From the human T2T-CHM13v2.0 reference genome, Homo sapiens: a stretch of DNA of 64,000 nt. The notes under the pieces are model-generated. The model saw nothing but the letters and a program-made list of their open reading frames with translations. It was not told the DNA's origin and searched no databases. The stretch lies in NCBI RefSeq assembly GCF_009914755.1, contig NC_060925.1; one strand, given 5' to 3'. Of the stretch, positions 13,576 to 29,062 are shown one piece after another. The translations under genes and the position numbers were made by a program. Every line of letters starts with the position of its first letter. The stretch's first letter is position 1.

Positions 13576-14489
13576 TTATTTGTTCCCTCTCCCTGTTACT
13601 GGAGCACAACCTCTGAACTTCCCATGCTGTCTACTTCAAACACACATTCAAATCTTTATCCGTTCTTGTCTCTTCCATTATTTATAGCATTTCCACCCTG
13701 CCTGCCCTCGGAAAGCTGCCCCTGAACAGATTCTGCCCCCATGACACATGTGCCCTGTATCCCCATCACCCTCACACTCTTAGCTTATGCTCTGTCCTCT
13801 CACACTCAGTGTCCCTCTTTCATTCCCTCTTTGTGGGTTCTGTGTTAATTCTTCCCCCTTGGAACCCACTATATAGCTCCCCCACACAACACAGAATGGA
13901 AGACAGAAGAGGAGGGAGAGGATGAGCTCCTCCAGTCTCCATGGAGACAGTGCCCTGGATGCAGGAAGAGCCCTTGGACTCTTAGGTGCAGCTGCAGCCT
14001 GCACAATAGACCATCCCCATACCTCTCAGACTTTAGTTGTCTCAAATGTCTCACAAAAACTCCGGGCAGTGAAAGGCGATCTTCTGCCTACTTCTCAACA
14101 AGGCTTTATTCCATGTTGTATTACATAAATAGTGCCTCCAGATGCTTCCTTTGAGCTGAGCTTTCCCCAGCCAGTGGGTAATCTTAGCCTCCATTAAATT
14201 ATGCTGCTGATCCCTCTGTAGCCATGTTAATTAAATACAAAAGTTGTCATCACGTTCTGAACCTGGCCTCCTTCACAGGCACTGTGGACCAAGAGCTCTT
14301 CCCATGTGCCAGCAGGCTTTGTCCTGTCCTATTTAAATCATTTTAACTGCACATTGGTCAGAGCCCAGACAAGACTCATTCCATCCTTCCCTGTCCAAGG
14401 CAGAGATGGTCTCTCTATGCCCTTCCAACATCACTTTCTCAGGAAGAGTTGATGAAATGATGAGCATACACCCAGTAATACACAAAGGA

Positions 14490-14628
14490 TTCATTCATTC
14501 GCTCATCAACAAAGGCTTTTTGAGTAAGACTTCCTATATGCCAGGTACCTTTATTAGTGCTGTGAACATAGCAGTGAACAAAAGAGACCAAGTCCCTACT
14601 GTCATAAAAATAACATTCCAGTGTGGTC
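14490..14628 (-). mobile_element. L2 3' fragment
   Basis: ttcattcattcgctcatcaacaaa...tatgccagg...atagcagtgaacaaaagagaccaagtccct. Confidence 0.75.
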
Positions 14629-14639
14629 TTAGTTAAGAC

Positions 14640-14770
14640 CAGTGGTTTTTCAACCTTGGCTGTACATTAGAAATATCTGGGGAGTTTTAGAAAGCCCAAT
14701 ACTCAAGAGGTTGTATTAAATAAGAATTTCTAGTAGTTTTTAAAGGTTTCCAAATTATTTCTATGTGAGA
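14640..14770. mobile_element. MER5-like hAT-Charlie MITE fragment
   Basis: cagtggtttttcaaccttggctgtacattagaaatatctggggag terminus. Confidence 0.65.
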
Positions 14771-15132
14771 CTGTAAATATTTCCTTTGATCACTCCACCT
14801 TGTCCACTACTAAAAGAAAAAAAAATCATCTCTCTCTAAAGAACACTCTCTAAGAAGGAGACACAACCATTGCCCTTGGAGTTGTAAGGTTGGTATTTCA
14901 AGTTCTGAAGAAGCCTTCCCTCAAAACAAAGGAAGAGCTTGATAGGTTCAGCTCCTCTCTCATCTGAAGCACCTGTTGGCGTCCAGAAGCAGGTAAAGGG
15001 GCTGACCTGGAACAGGTCACATCATCCCTGCATGACCAGGATCTCCAGGTCATCTTGGACCACTACTGTTACCACCCTGTTCCTACAAAATTGCCCAGAG
15101 AACAAGCCCCCAAGCTGACAAATGGGCTATCC

Positions 15133-15493
15133 CAGCAGTCGCCATCCTTTTTGGCACCAAGTGACTGGTTTTGAGGAAGGCAATGTTTCCACAGACAGCG
15201 GGGGCCAGCTGGAGGATGGTTCAGGATAAAACTGTTCCACCTTAGATCATCAGGCATTAGATTCTCATAAGGAGCACAGCCTAGATCCCTCACATGCGCA
15301 GTTCACAGTAGGGTTCCTGCTCCTATGAGAATCTAATGTCACAGCTGATCTGACAGGAGGTGGAGCTCAGAGAGTGATGCTCGCTTGCCCACCGCTCACC
15401 CCCTGCTGGTTCCTAACAGGCTCCTAGCTGGTCCCAGTTCCTAACAGGCCATGGACTGGCATGGGTCTGTGGCCCAGGGATTGGAGACCCCTG
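15133..15493 (+). mobile_element. MER1B hAT-Charlie MITE, complete
   Basis: TIRs cagcagtcgcca / tggagacccctg, internal attagattctcataaggagc...gctcctatgagaatctaatg inverted repeat, 8-bp TSD ggctatcc (15125-15132) / ggctaacc (15494-15501). Confidence 0.92.
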
Positions 15494-15869
15494 GGCTAAC
15501 CCCACTAGTTCACTTCTTTTCTCTTCTGTATTCAGACACGATGAGGGGCCTTCAGCTAAGAGCAAACTTGTCCTCAGGGCCAGTCAGGGCCTGGGGCCAG
15601 GAGATCCTTAAATTGGTGACAAAAGCCTAAGGAGCTCTTCCTTAGAATCAGGTGGCTCCCTTTGCTCAGCAAAGCCTAGGTCTGATTCCTAGACCAAGAG
15701 CTCCTCATCCAAGGAAAAATGCTTCATAGAAGGGAGGGAGGTGCAAGGGTTGTTCCTTCCCCCTGGGGCTGTCTTGAAACCAACTCTGACCTTTGAGGGG
15801 GTGACAACAAGAGAGAAAGCTGTCTCTGGATCCCAGCATACTCAGTACTCCCAATAGAAAGTAGAGGTG

Positions 15870-16068
15870 TGAGAGTCAACGTAACTAATGGCTCAACTGG
15901 GCTTCAAGAGCTCTTGGTTCTAGTGTCAGTCCTGTCACCAATTAGCTGCTTAACCTTGGGAAAGTCTCATCCTCTCTCTGGGGGCATCTTCCTTTTCTGT
16001 AAAGTTAAGATAGTCTAAAGGTATCTGAGATGCCTTCTAGATTTGGTTGTCTATGAGTCTAGGATTCT
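15870..16068 (+). mobile_element. MIR3-like SINE
   Basis: ggttctagtgtcagtcctgtcaccaattagctg..accttgggaaagtc...ctatgagtctaggattcta. Confidence 0.7.
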
Positions 16069-16136
16069 AAGAGGATGAGAGCAATTGCCCACCCAACTGG
16101 CCAAGAGCACCCGGGGGATAAATAAGAGGCTGGAGG

Positions 16137-16488
<352 letters not shown>

Positions 16489-17259
16489 TCAAGGTCAGAT
16501 TCCTCACTCTCCAGACCAGGGAGTATTAAGCCATTTGCCTGGTGAGCAAGTGAAGAGGGGTGAGTGGCTGCGGACTCATTTGCCATTTTCATGTACCTGC
16601 AAAGACATGGCAGAGCATGCCCTCAGACCCTGGGAATTCTTTCCTGGGCCTGGAGACAGAGTGAAGCAGTGAAGGACCCCAAAGGCCCCAAAGCCAAGTT
16701 TGATTCCTATTTAAAGTTGTCAGAACAACAGGCTGAATTCTGAGTGGTCTTGGTCTCAGGGGGCGTAAGGCTCCTCCTGGCTGCCTAAGGAAATTATTCA
16801 TTCGGATAAACCCAAATTAGACTACAAAAAGTAATAGCACATTTCTCTTTGTCTTCCTGATGTCTGGAGAGTTTCTCCACTGCCCCACCCTTCCACACGT
16901 ACCTTCCTCCCTCTCCCTTCAACCCCCTCAAGTTACAAGCCTAGAAAATTCTCAGACCTCTGCCATCTCCAGAGTTTGTCAGAGACATTGGATAATCCAC
17001 TGAAGTCCAGTAGTGCTAGAGCTGGTTGTGTGAGATCCATTAATAGGCATGGTTGTCATGGAAAAAAAGAAACCCACGGGCCTTGCAAATAAAGGCGATT
17101 GCTCTAGACCTAAAAAGATTCAGTGCAGACATTAGGAAACCTTCTCTGACTTCCTACCTGCCAGCTGCACCTACTCTTGGTGAAGTGTCCTCCCTTCCTA
17201 GTTGCACTCTTGAAAAAAAGAAAAGAAAAAGGAAGGGGGGAAAGGAGGCTGATTATAGG

Positions 17260-17600
17260 ATTCACAGAGATTTTTCATTGGCCATATCCACCACCCTCCT
17301 ATTCCCTGCCCATGCCTGATTGGTGAAAGGGTAGAGACACCTGACCCAATCTGGGCCAATCAGGTTCTTCATCCTAGAAAGCAGAAGACATGAGTACAGT
17401 CACACAGAGTCTAGACAGTCAGAGCTTACAACATTCATTGTCTTAGAGACAAAATCCAAGAGGACTTACCAGTAGTGGTGACCCTGGCACTGCCTGGTTA
17501 TTCAGGTTTCCCATTGAAACTGTGAACAAACATGATGTCCTTCATCTTGACCTAGCTGGAATCAATTCAATTGTTTACCTCTAAAGAAACCTAACTGGTA
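17260..17600 (+). mobile_element. ERVL solo LTR fragment (LTR16-like)
   Basis: tgattggtgaaaggg..gacacctgacccaatctgggccaatcagg motif typical of the LTR16 group. Confidence 0.55.
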
Positions 17601-17699
17601 AAAGCTCTAAGCCCCCATTCCTTCTCCCACTCAGTACATACACATTATTGCAATCATTACTTTCTCTTTGTCCAACTCTTTCCCTAGACCAGAAACTCT

Positions 17700-18038
17700 T
17701 TTATGTCCTGACCATAGATTGGTCTTGCCTTCACCTGCCACCCACTCTTCACGTGGCTGACTCTCACTCTTCCTTCAGATCCCTCGTGAGACATCAGGAG
17801 CCTTCCCTGACCACCTCCTGCATTCCTTGCCTGGGTTAAGTGCCCCCCTGGAATGTGTTCCCATTGCACCAGGCACTTCCCTGTGGTAATGTGTTATGTA
17901 GTTATCTATCTCCCACAAGACTGTAACTCCTTGAGTCAGGAGCTGTAGCCTATCTGATGTTCTATCTTCAGCACAAGTACAGTGCCTAGGACTTGGTAAG
18001 CACTCAGTAAATATTTATGAAATGAATAAATGAATAAA
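17700..18038 (+). mobile_element. L2 3' end
   Basis: agactgtaactccttgag..cagg...acagtgcctagg..ttggtaagcactcagtaaatatttatgaaatgaataaatgaa. Confidence 0.8.
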
Positions 18039-18979
18039 GACATATACTGATCTTCTCCCTCCTTCTAACAGTAAAATAATAGAAATTAATTACCTGGTTC
18101 AAATTATTATTCATCTCAGAATACAATCAGTCAGTCAACAAATTAGTAGTAATTGATGTGCCAAAAACTATATTAAGCACTATACAACTGCTATAAAGAT
18201 GCAAATATAGACAAATAGGGGAGGAGAAGATTGTCTCATGAAAATCTAATATAATCTGTAACTAGGAACTCTAACTTCCATTTTGCCTGTTCTGAAGCAA
18301 TCTATGCCTCCATGTTCTGTATCTTGAAGCTGGACGTGTAGGAATTACCATCAATGATTTATTGGGTTTGCAACAGGCTCGTGAATCACTGGACAGAAAT
18401 TTCCAGAATAGTGCTAGGTTCAAATGAGGTAAAAACCTTTGAGCAAAATTCCACATCCAGACTGGTTAATGCTTTGGGCCCCGAATCACTTCATTTCTGC
18501 CTCCTGCCGGGCTCAGAAGAACCACTGTACAAGATTGTGGGCTGAAAGGCTCCAGGACAGGCGGACAGGAGAGGGGTCTCTGAACCTTTGTTTCCAAAGG
18601 AGACTGTCCCTGTGTCCCTGCTAATCTGGCAGATGTTGAATTGAGAGAGGGACCTCTCCCGCTGCCCCCAGGCTAGCAATTACAGAAACCAAATTGTCTC
18701 CTGCAAGAGGCATTGTCACCCTGGTGTCATTTCAGCATAAAATAAATTGCACTGCCCATCAGCCTGATGGAGGCCAGCACTTGCTGGCAGCTCCCACAGG
18801 CCCCCAGAAAGAGCCTACTCAGATGTGAAGACAAGTCAGCCAGCTGCAGCCAGCACTGAAAGTAACCCAGGGAGCATGATTCTGTCACGCAAGAACCCAG
18901 CATGTCTAAAAGGGCACAGTTTCAGCCTGGCACTGTCGACAGCTCTGCCAGGCTGATCTCCTATTTGTCAAGTCCCAGC

Positions 18980-19032
18980 AGAAATCAGGATAAACACAAA
19001 AACAAACAAAAAAAAAGAAATCAGGATAAACA
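18980..19032 (+). repeat. 17-bp direct repeat flanking a 19-nt A-rich insert (solo poly(A) TPRT scar candidate)
   Basis: agaaatcaggataaaca-caaaaacaaacaaaaaaaa-agaaatcaggataaaca. Confidence 0.7.
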
Positions 19033-19111
19033 ATTCAGAGAGCTACAGGGTAACCATGCCATAAATGTGCAGTCTGTTATTCTAGATGTGTGTTTGCATG
19101 CACGTGGAGTG

Positions 19112-19114
<3 letters not shown>

Positions 19115-19156
<42 letters not shown>
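19115..19156. repeat. (TG)21 microsatellite
   Basis: Perfect TG dinucleotide run. Confidence 0.98.
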
Positions 19157-19158
<2 letters not shown>

Positions 19159-19159
19159 T

Positions 19160-19830
19160 CTCTGACACTGCCTAGTTCCAGTCTTCATCACCTCCTGCCT
19201 AGACTGTTTCGATAACCTCCTAATGGGTCTTCTGACTCCATTCCTGACTCCATGTTCTCACTCCTCATCAGTCCTCTCCCATGTCTTAAAATTCGTATTT
19301 CACCATCATTCTGAGCAAACTATCGCAAGGACAGAAAACCAAACACCGCATGTTCTCACTCATAGGTGGGAATTGAACAATAAGAACACTTGGACACAGG
19401 GCAGAGAACATCACACACCGGAGCCTGTCATGGGGTGGGGGGTTGGGGGAGGGATAGCATTAGGAGAAATACCTAATATAAATGATGGGTTAATGGGTAC
19501 AGCAAACCAACACAACACATGTATACATATGCAACAAACTGGCACGTTGTGCACATGTACCCTAGAACTTAAAGTATAATAAAAAAAATTCATGTTTCAA
19601 AATCATAGATCTAATTATGTTAAACCATGGGAAACAAAGTCTAGTATTCACCACCATCCTTGGCCCCAAATTATCTTGTCAAATGCATGTCAAACTTTCT
19701 GACACCCTGTACTCCGGCCAAACTGGACACATCTCTGCTGTAACATGCACCCCCATTTCAAATATTTAGATCATATTGGAACTTTAAGATCCAGACCAAA
19801 TATCCTCTCCTTCATGACACTCTCCCTTTT
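19160..19830 (+). mobile_element. L2 fragment split by an L1PA insertion
   Basis: catcacctcctgcctagactg...aacctcctaatgggtct; continues after 19600 (ccctgtactccggccaaactggac). Confidence 0.55.
19303..19584 (+). mobile_element. 5'-truncated L1PA (L1PA5/6-like) 3' end
   Basis: End of ORF2 plus 3'UTR with G-tract and ccctagaacttaaagtataat tail; TSD aaaattc(g/a)t(a/g)tttca at 19288-19302 and 19585-19599. Confidence 0.95.
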
Positions 19831-19894
19831 ACCTTCACTCTGCCACTCCAGAAGCTGGAAGCTAATTCTTCTCCCCTCCAAAAAATAAAAAACA

Positions 19895-20095
19895 ACCAGC
19901 ATATATTGAGTGCCTGTTATGTGCTTTACACTTTATGCACATCATGTCAACACTATTATTATCCTCATTCTATAGATGAAAATGCTGAGAGTTAGAGGGT
20001 TTGCCTAGAACCACAGAACTCCTAAATTGCATAGCCAGAACTCGAACCCAGAACTACTGGCTCCACAATTTATGCCCTTAATTACTATGCAGCAC
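19895..20095 (-). mobile_element. MIR
   Basis: tattgagtgcctgttatgtgc...tattattatcctcattctatagatgaaaatgctgag. Confidence 0.75.
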
Positions 20096-20175
20096 TCTCT
20101 TTTAAGCTCTAAGGGGTAAGTAGGGTGGATTACCTGTAATTTCCATCACCATCCTAAATAAATTTATAATCTAAG

Positions 20176-20922
20176 CAGTGATCAATTTATTTTTATGCCA
20201 ATAAAGCTTTAAATGTCAAGGATCCTCATTCCAGAGACCCCTTCTAAGATTCCAGGAGAGGCACCTGGCAATGTATTCAAAGATTCTTATGAAGTTTTTG
20301 TAAAACTTTCTAAAGTAATATATTTTAACCAGAGTTTGTTAAAGCAGTTAGTCTGTTTCCATCTCAACCTCCCTTCATCATGCTTCCCTTCATGTCAGTG
20401 GTGCCCGAGTGTCCATGGGTGTTTAGCTAATAGGGATCTAGCTAATAGGAAGCTGAATTGGGAAAGCTGTTAATTGGGCTTGTTATATTTCATTTGGAGT
20501 ATAGTTAAGTTATTGCTAGCTGTCTCAATGTAGAAATGACTCTGGGAGTACACTTACTACCAACTGTGCCAACTTACTTGGCATCATGACATAAAGGTGC
20601 AGGGCCAGAGGTTGTATTGCACTGTGAACATGCCCATGGAAACATTCCATGTTCTGATAAATTCCTCATGCTGGAGTTTATCAGAATTCCTGAGAGGCTA
20701 GGGCACACACCTGTACCATAATCACGAAAGCAAGTACATCTGTATGTGGGGCCTCATGATTTACGAATCCTAACTATCAAAAATAAAAAAACAAATTTTG
20801 ATCAACTGTGCTAGAAAGAAGACAGAACTATCTTCCTATTCTCTCTTTAGAAAATAATATGCCAAAATTATTGTCATATGAAGAAGCATTAAAGAGTATA
20901 CAACTAAAAAACGTAGGAAAAG
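20176..20922 (+). mobile_element. Arthur1B/MER69-like hAT-Tip100 DNA transposon, left part (with transposase C-terminal relic)
   Basis: Left end resembles MER69 (aataaagcttt..tcaaggatcctca...ccccttctaag); 20802-20893 translates STVLERRQNYLPILSLENNMPKLLSYEEALK, similar to a hAT dimerization domain. Confidence 0.7.
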
Positions 20923-21890
20923 CTACAGCTCCCAGCATGAGCGACACAGAAGACAGGTGATTTCTGCATTTCCAACTGAGGTACTGGGTTCATCTCACTG
21001 GGGTGTGTTGGACAGTGGGTGCAGGACAGTGGGTGCAGTGCACTCAGCAAGAGCCAAAGGACGGCGAGGCATTGCCTCACCAGGGAAGCACAAGGGGTCA
21101 GGGAATGCCCTTGCATAGCCAAGCAAAGCTGTGACAGATGGTACCTGGAAAATCGGGTCACTCCCACCCTAACTCTGCACTTTTCCAAGGGTCTTAGCAA
21201 ATGGCACACCAGGCTTGGAGGGTCCCATGCCCACTGAGCCTCACTCATTTCTAGCACAGCAGTCTGAGATCGAACTGCAAGGCAGCAGCGAGGCTGGGGG
21301 AGCGGTGACTGCCATTGCTGAGGCTTGAGTAGGTAAACAAAGCAGCCTGAAAGCTCGAACTGGGTGGAGCCCACTGCAGCTCAAGGAGGCCTGCCTGCCT
21401 CTGTAGACTCCACCTCTGGGGGCAGGGCATAGCCGAACAAAAGGCAGCAAAAACCTCTGCAGATTTAAATGTCCCCGTATGACAGCTTTGAAGAGAGTAG
21501 TGGTTCTCCCAACACAGAGTTTGAGATCTGAGAATGGACAGACTGCCTCCTCAAGTGGGTCCCTGACCCCCAAGTAGCCTAACTGGGAGGCACCTGCCAG
21601 TAAGGGCAAACTGACACCTCACACAGCCAGGTACCCCTCTGAGACGAAGCTTCCAGAGGAATGATCAGGCAGCAACATTTGCTGTTCAGCAATATTCACT
21701 GTTCTGCAGCCTCCACTGCTGATACCCAGGCAAACAGGGTCTGGAGTGGACCTCCAGCAAACTCCAACAGACCTGCAGCTGAGGGTCCTGACTGTTAGGA
21801 GGAAAACTAACAAACAGAAAGGACATCCACACCAAAACCCCATCTGTACATCACCATCGTCAAAGACCAAAGGTAGATAAAACCACAAAG

Positions 21891-22903
21891 ATGGGGAAAA
21901 AACAGAGCAGAAAAGCTGGAAATTCTAAAAATCAGAGCACCTCTTCTCCTCCAAAAGAACGCAGCTCCTCACCAGCAACAGAACAAAGCTGGACGGAGAA
22001 TGACTTTGACGAGTTGAGAGAAGAAGTCTTCAGTCAATCAAACTCTGAGCTAAAGGAGGAAGTTCAAACCCATTGCAAAGAAGCTAAAAACCTTGAAAAA
22101 AGATTAGACGAATGGCTAACTAGAATAACCAGTGTAGAGAAGTCCTTAAATGACCTGATGGAGCTGAAAAACATGGCATGAGAACTACATGATGAACGCA
22201 CAAGCTTCAGTAACCCATTCGATCAACTGGAAGAAAGGGTACCCGTGATTAAAGATCAAATGAATGAAATGAAGTGAGAGGATAAGTTTAGAGAAAAAAG
22301 AGTAAAAGGAAATGAACAAAGCCTCCAAGAAATATGGGACTGTGTGAAAAGACCAAATCTACATCTGATTGGTGTACCTGAACGTGACGGAGAGAATGGA
22401 ACCAAGTTGGAAAACACTCCGCAGGATATTATCCAGCAGAACTTCCCCAACTTAGCAAGGCAGGCCAACATTCAAGTTCAGGAAATACAGAGAACACTAC
22501 GAACATACTCCTCGAGAAGAGCAACTCCAAGACACATAATTGTCAGGTTCACCAAAGTTGAAATGAAGGAAAAAATGTTAAGGGCAGCCAGAGAGAAAGG
22601 TCAGGTTACCCACAAATGGAAGCCCATCAGACTAACAGTGGATATGTCAGCAGAAACTCTACAAGCCAGAAGAGAGTGGGGGCCAATATTCAACATTCTT
22701 AAAGAAAAGAATTTTCAACCCAGAATTTCATATCCAGCCAAACTAAGCTTCATAAGTGAAGGAGAAATAAAATCCTTTAGAGACAAGCAAATGCTGAGAG
22801 ACTTGTCACCACCAGGTCTGCCCTACAAGAGCTCCTGAAGGAAGCACTAAACATGGAAAGGAACAACCAGTACCAGCCACTGCAAAAACATGCCAAAGTG
22901 TAA
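21891..22903 (+). pseudogene. L1 ORF1p, disrupted
   Basis: MGKKQSRK... start; premature TGA at 22179-22181 (CGA>TGA), further stops and a frameshift; RRM/CTD fragment in ORF 22344-22838. Confidence 0.95.
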
Positions 22904-22951
22904 AGACCATCAATGCTAGGAAGAAACTGCATCAACTAATGAGCAAAATAA

Positions 22952-26779
<3,828 letters not shown>

Positions 26780-27014
26780 ACAATGAGAACACTTGGACAC
26801 AGGAAGGGGAATATCACTCACTAGGGCCTGTTCTGGGGTGGGGGGAGTGGGGAGGGATAGCATTAGGAGATATACCTAATGTAAATGACGAGTTAATGGG
26901 TGCAGCACACCAACATGGCATATGTATACAGATGTAACAAACCTGCACATTGTGCACATGTACCCTAGAACTTAAAGTATAATAAAAATAATAAAAATAA
27001 AAATAAAATAAAAT

Positions 27015-27275
27015 AAATGTAGGAAGAAAGTGCTATAGAAGTACGTCAGTCAGCTAGTTAGCATTTAAATTCCATTATTATTCTGGATTTTGTGATGTTT
27101 GTGGTATTGTCAGCTTTTAGAATGCATAATTTACAATGATATATTTTATTATTTAAAATAAATATTCAATTTTACACCAAATCCTGTCTTCACAATTTTG
27201 TTTTCTTTTTCTTAAATAAGCTCCCTTCCAATTAATAAGCATCAGATCACCCCAAAAAAACCTGGATCTGCATTG
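27015..27275 (+). mobile_element. Arthur1B/MER69-like element, right part
   Basis: Continues aaatgtaggaagaaagtg.tatagaag; ends ttctttttcttaaataag...ataagcatcag..ccccaaaaaaacctggatctgc as in MER69. Confidence 0.72.
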
Positions 27276-27728
27276 AATTTCAGTAAGAAAAGTACTCTTG
27301 CTATGCAAACACCACTTCGAGTGCCCTTGCCCCTCTTTCTGTCAAGTTATGACTCACCAATGCCGTTCTCTGTGGGCGTCCTAGGCCACAGCTGCAGCTC
27401 CTCATACCCCTCTCACAGCACTCATCACTGTTTACTTACATTATATTTATTCACATTCCTGTTTTATTTCTTTCCAGCAACCACCTCAGGGCCTTACGTG
27501 GCATTGCACATAATAAATGAAAGGCCTCGTGGAGCCAGAAGACAAAGAGTAGACCAAGTGGAGGGGCAGGAGGGAGCCCTTCACTCCTGGGCCTGCACCC
27601 TGGTCATGGCACAATATGTCTCTGATGTTTATCTTTTGTATAATGAAATTGCATGGGTAAAAGTTTTCCTTCTCTCTTTCCATGTATCTCAATTCCTTAC
27701 TCTCTTTTTGTCTCTCTACTTTGTATTC

Positions 27729-28158
27729 ATTTTAGTCTGTTTCGTGTTGCTATAACAGAATACCTGAGGCTGGGTAATTTATAAAGAAAAGAGTTTTATT
27801 TTAGCTCATGGTTCTGCAGGCTGGGAAGTTCAAGGGCATGGCCTTGGCTTCTGATGAAGATTTTCATGCTGCATCATAACAAAGTGAAGAAAGTCAAAGA
27901 AGTGGACATGTGTGAGGAAGAAAAGCAAGCCCTAGGGGTATCCTGCTTTTATAACAACCCACTCTCAAGGGAATATTGCTGTGAGAACTAAGCGGGTCTA
28001 GTGAAAGCAAGAACTCATTCACTATCCAGAGAATACCAAGCCATTCATAGGGGATTCCCGTCTGTGACTCAAACACTTCCCACTAAGCCCCACCTCCCAA
28101 AACATTGGGGATCAAATTTCAACAGGAGTTTAGGTGGGAACAAACTTAAATCGTAGCA
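27729..28158 (-). mobile_element. MaLR solo LTR (MSTB-like)
   Basis: ttagtctgtttcgtgttgctataacagaatacctgaggctgggtaatttataaagaaaaga...attggggatcaaatttcaaca...cgtagca. Confidence 0.9.
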
Positions 28159-29042
28159 CTATCTTTCTCTCCTCTTTCTGGCCCTGATGCTAATAGGGCT
28201 AATATGGCAGTCTTTGAAGCAGGACCAGAACATGGGAGACAATCATAGCCCCAAATCTTCCCACCCCAGGCAGAGAATTCAGTTCTCTGCATTAGGCAGC
28301 ATTTCAGGGAGGGGATAAATCTGACTGATGCCATGTGTTTCTCCATCAGCATGGCTTGAACCAGAAACAGTCCAATACACCAAGGTTTCCTGAAAGCAGG
28401 GGCCAGTCTTGTTGGTGACAAGTGAGGTTGGACGTCTTCCATTGGAGGGAAGCTGAGCAAGGAATTCGATTTCAAAGATCACAAGGTGTGGCCCCCACCC
28501 AGGAAATGAATCTTCCATCCAACTAGATGAGAATGAAAAGGAAAAGTATTCAAATTGCACAATTACTGTCTGGCTAAATTAATTGTTGCATTCATCTAAA
28601 TGGATTAGACACTTTAATTAGAAGGGTCTGGTTATTTGCTGAAATTGAATTTTTGGCATGTGGGTGTTACATGCACATGTGTGTTTGTTTTAGCAGAGCC
28701 CACGCTGGAGCAAATCTACAATGATTCCTTTCTCCATAGAAAAAAAAAAAAAAAGAATGACAGTCAGTTAAGAACCAGCCTTCTCTCCACAGACCCCCAA
28801 CCCCAGGGAAAGGGGGGATGGAGATTCCCCCATCCTGGAAGGAAAACCATGGCATTCTCACCTGGCCACCACGAGAGGCTTTGCAGATGGAAAAAACATC
28901 TGTGGGCTTAGGAGCAGCTGTGAGAGGAGAAAGGAGGTATGGAGGAAAGAAGGGGAAGTGTGTAATGGAAAAATGTTAAATTCAAAGCTTTCCTTTGGTT
29001 TATACTAGGTATGGAATCTCCCAAATTAGCCTATAGAATGTG

Positions 29043-29062
29043 CACCCCTAGGGGGCAGCAGA
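29043..29062 (+). promoter_or_regulatory. Candidate CTCF binding site
   Basis: cacCCCTAGGGGGCAGcag closely matches the CTCF core CCASYAGRKGGCRS in non-repeat DNA. Confidence 0.55.

Noticed and set aside
20904-21888. Antisense ORFs of 156, 122 and 89 aa over the L1 5'UTR
   Set aside because: Generic L1 5'UTR antisense frames; only the short ORF0 homolog is meaningful.
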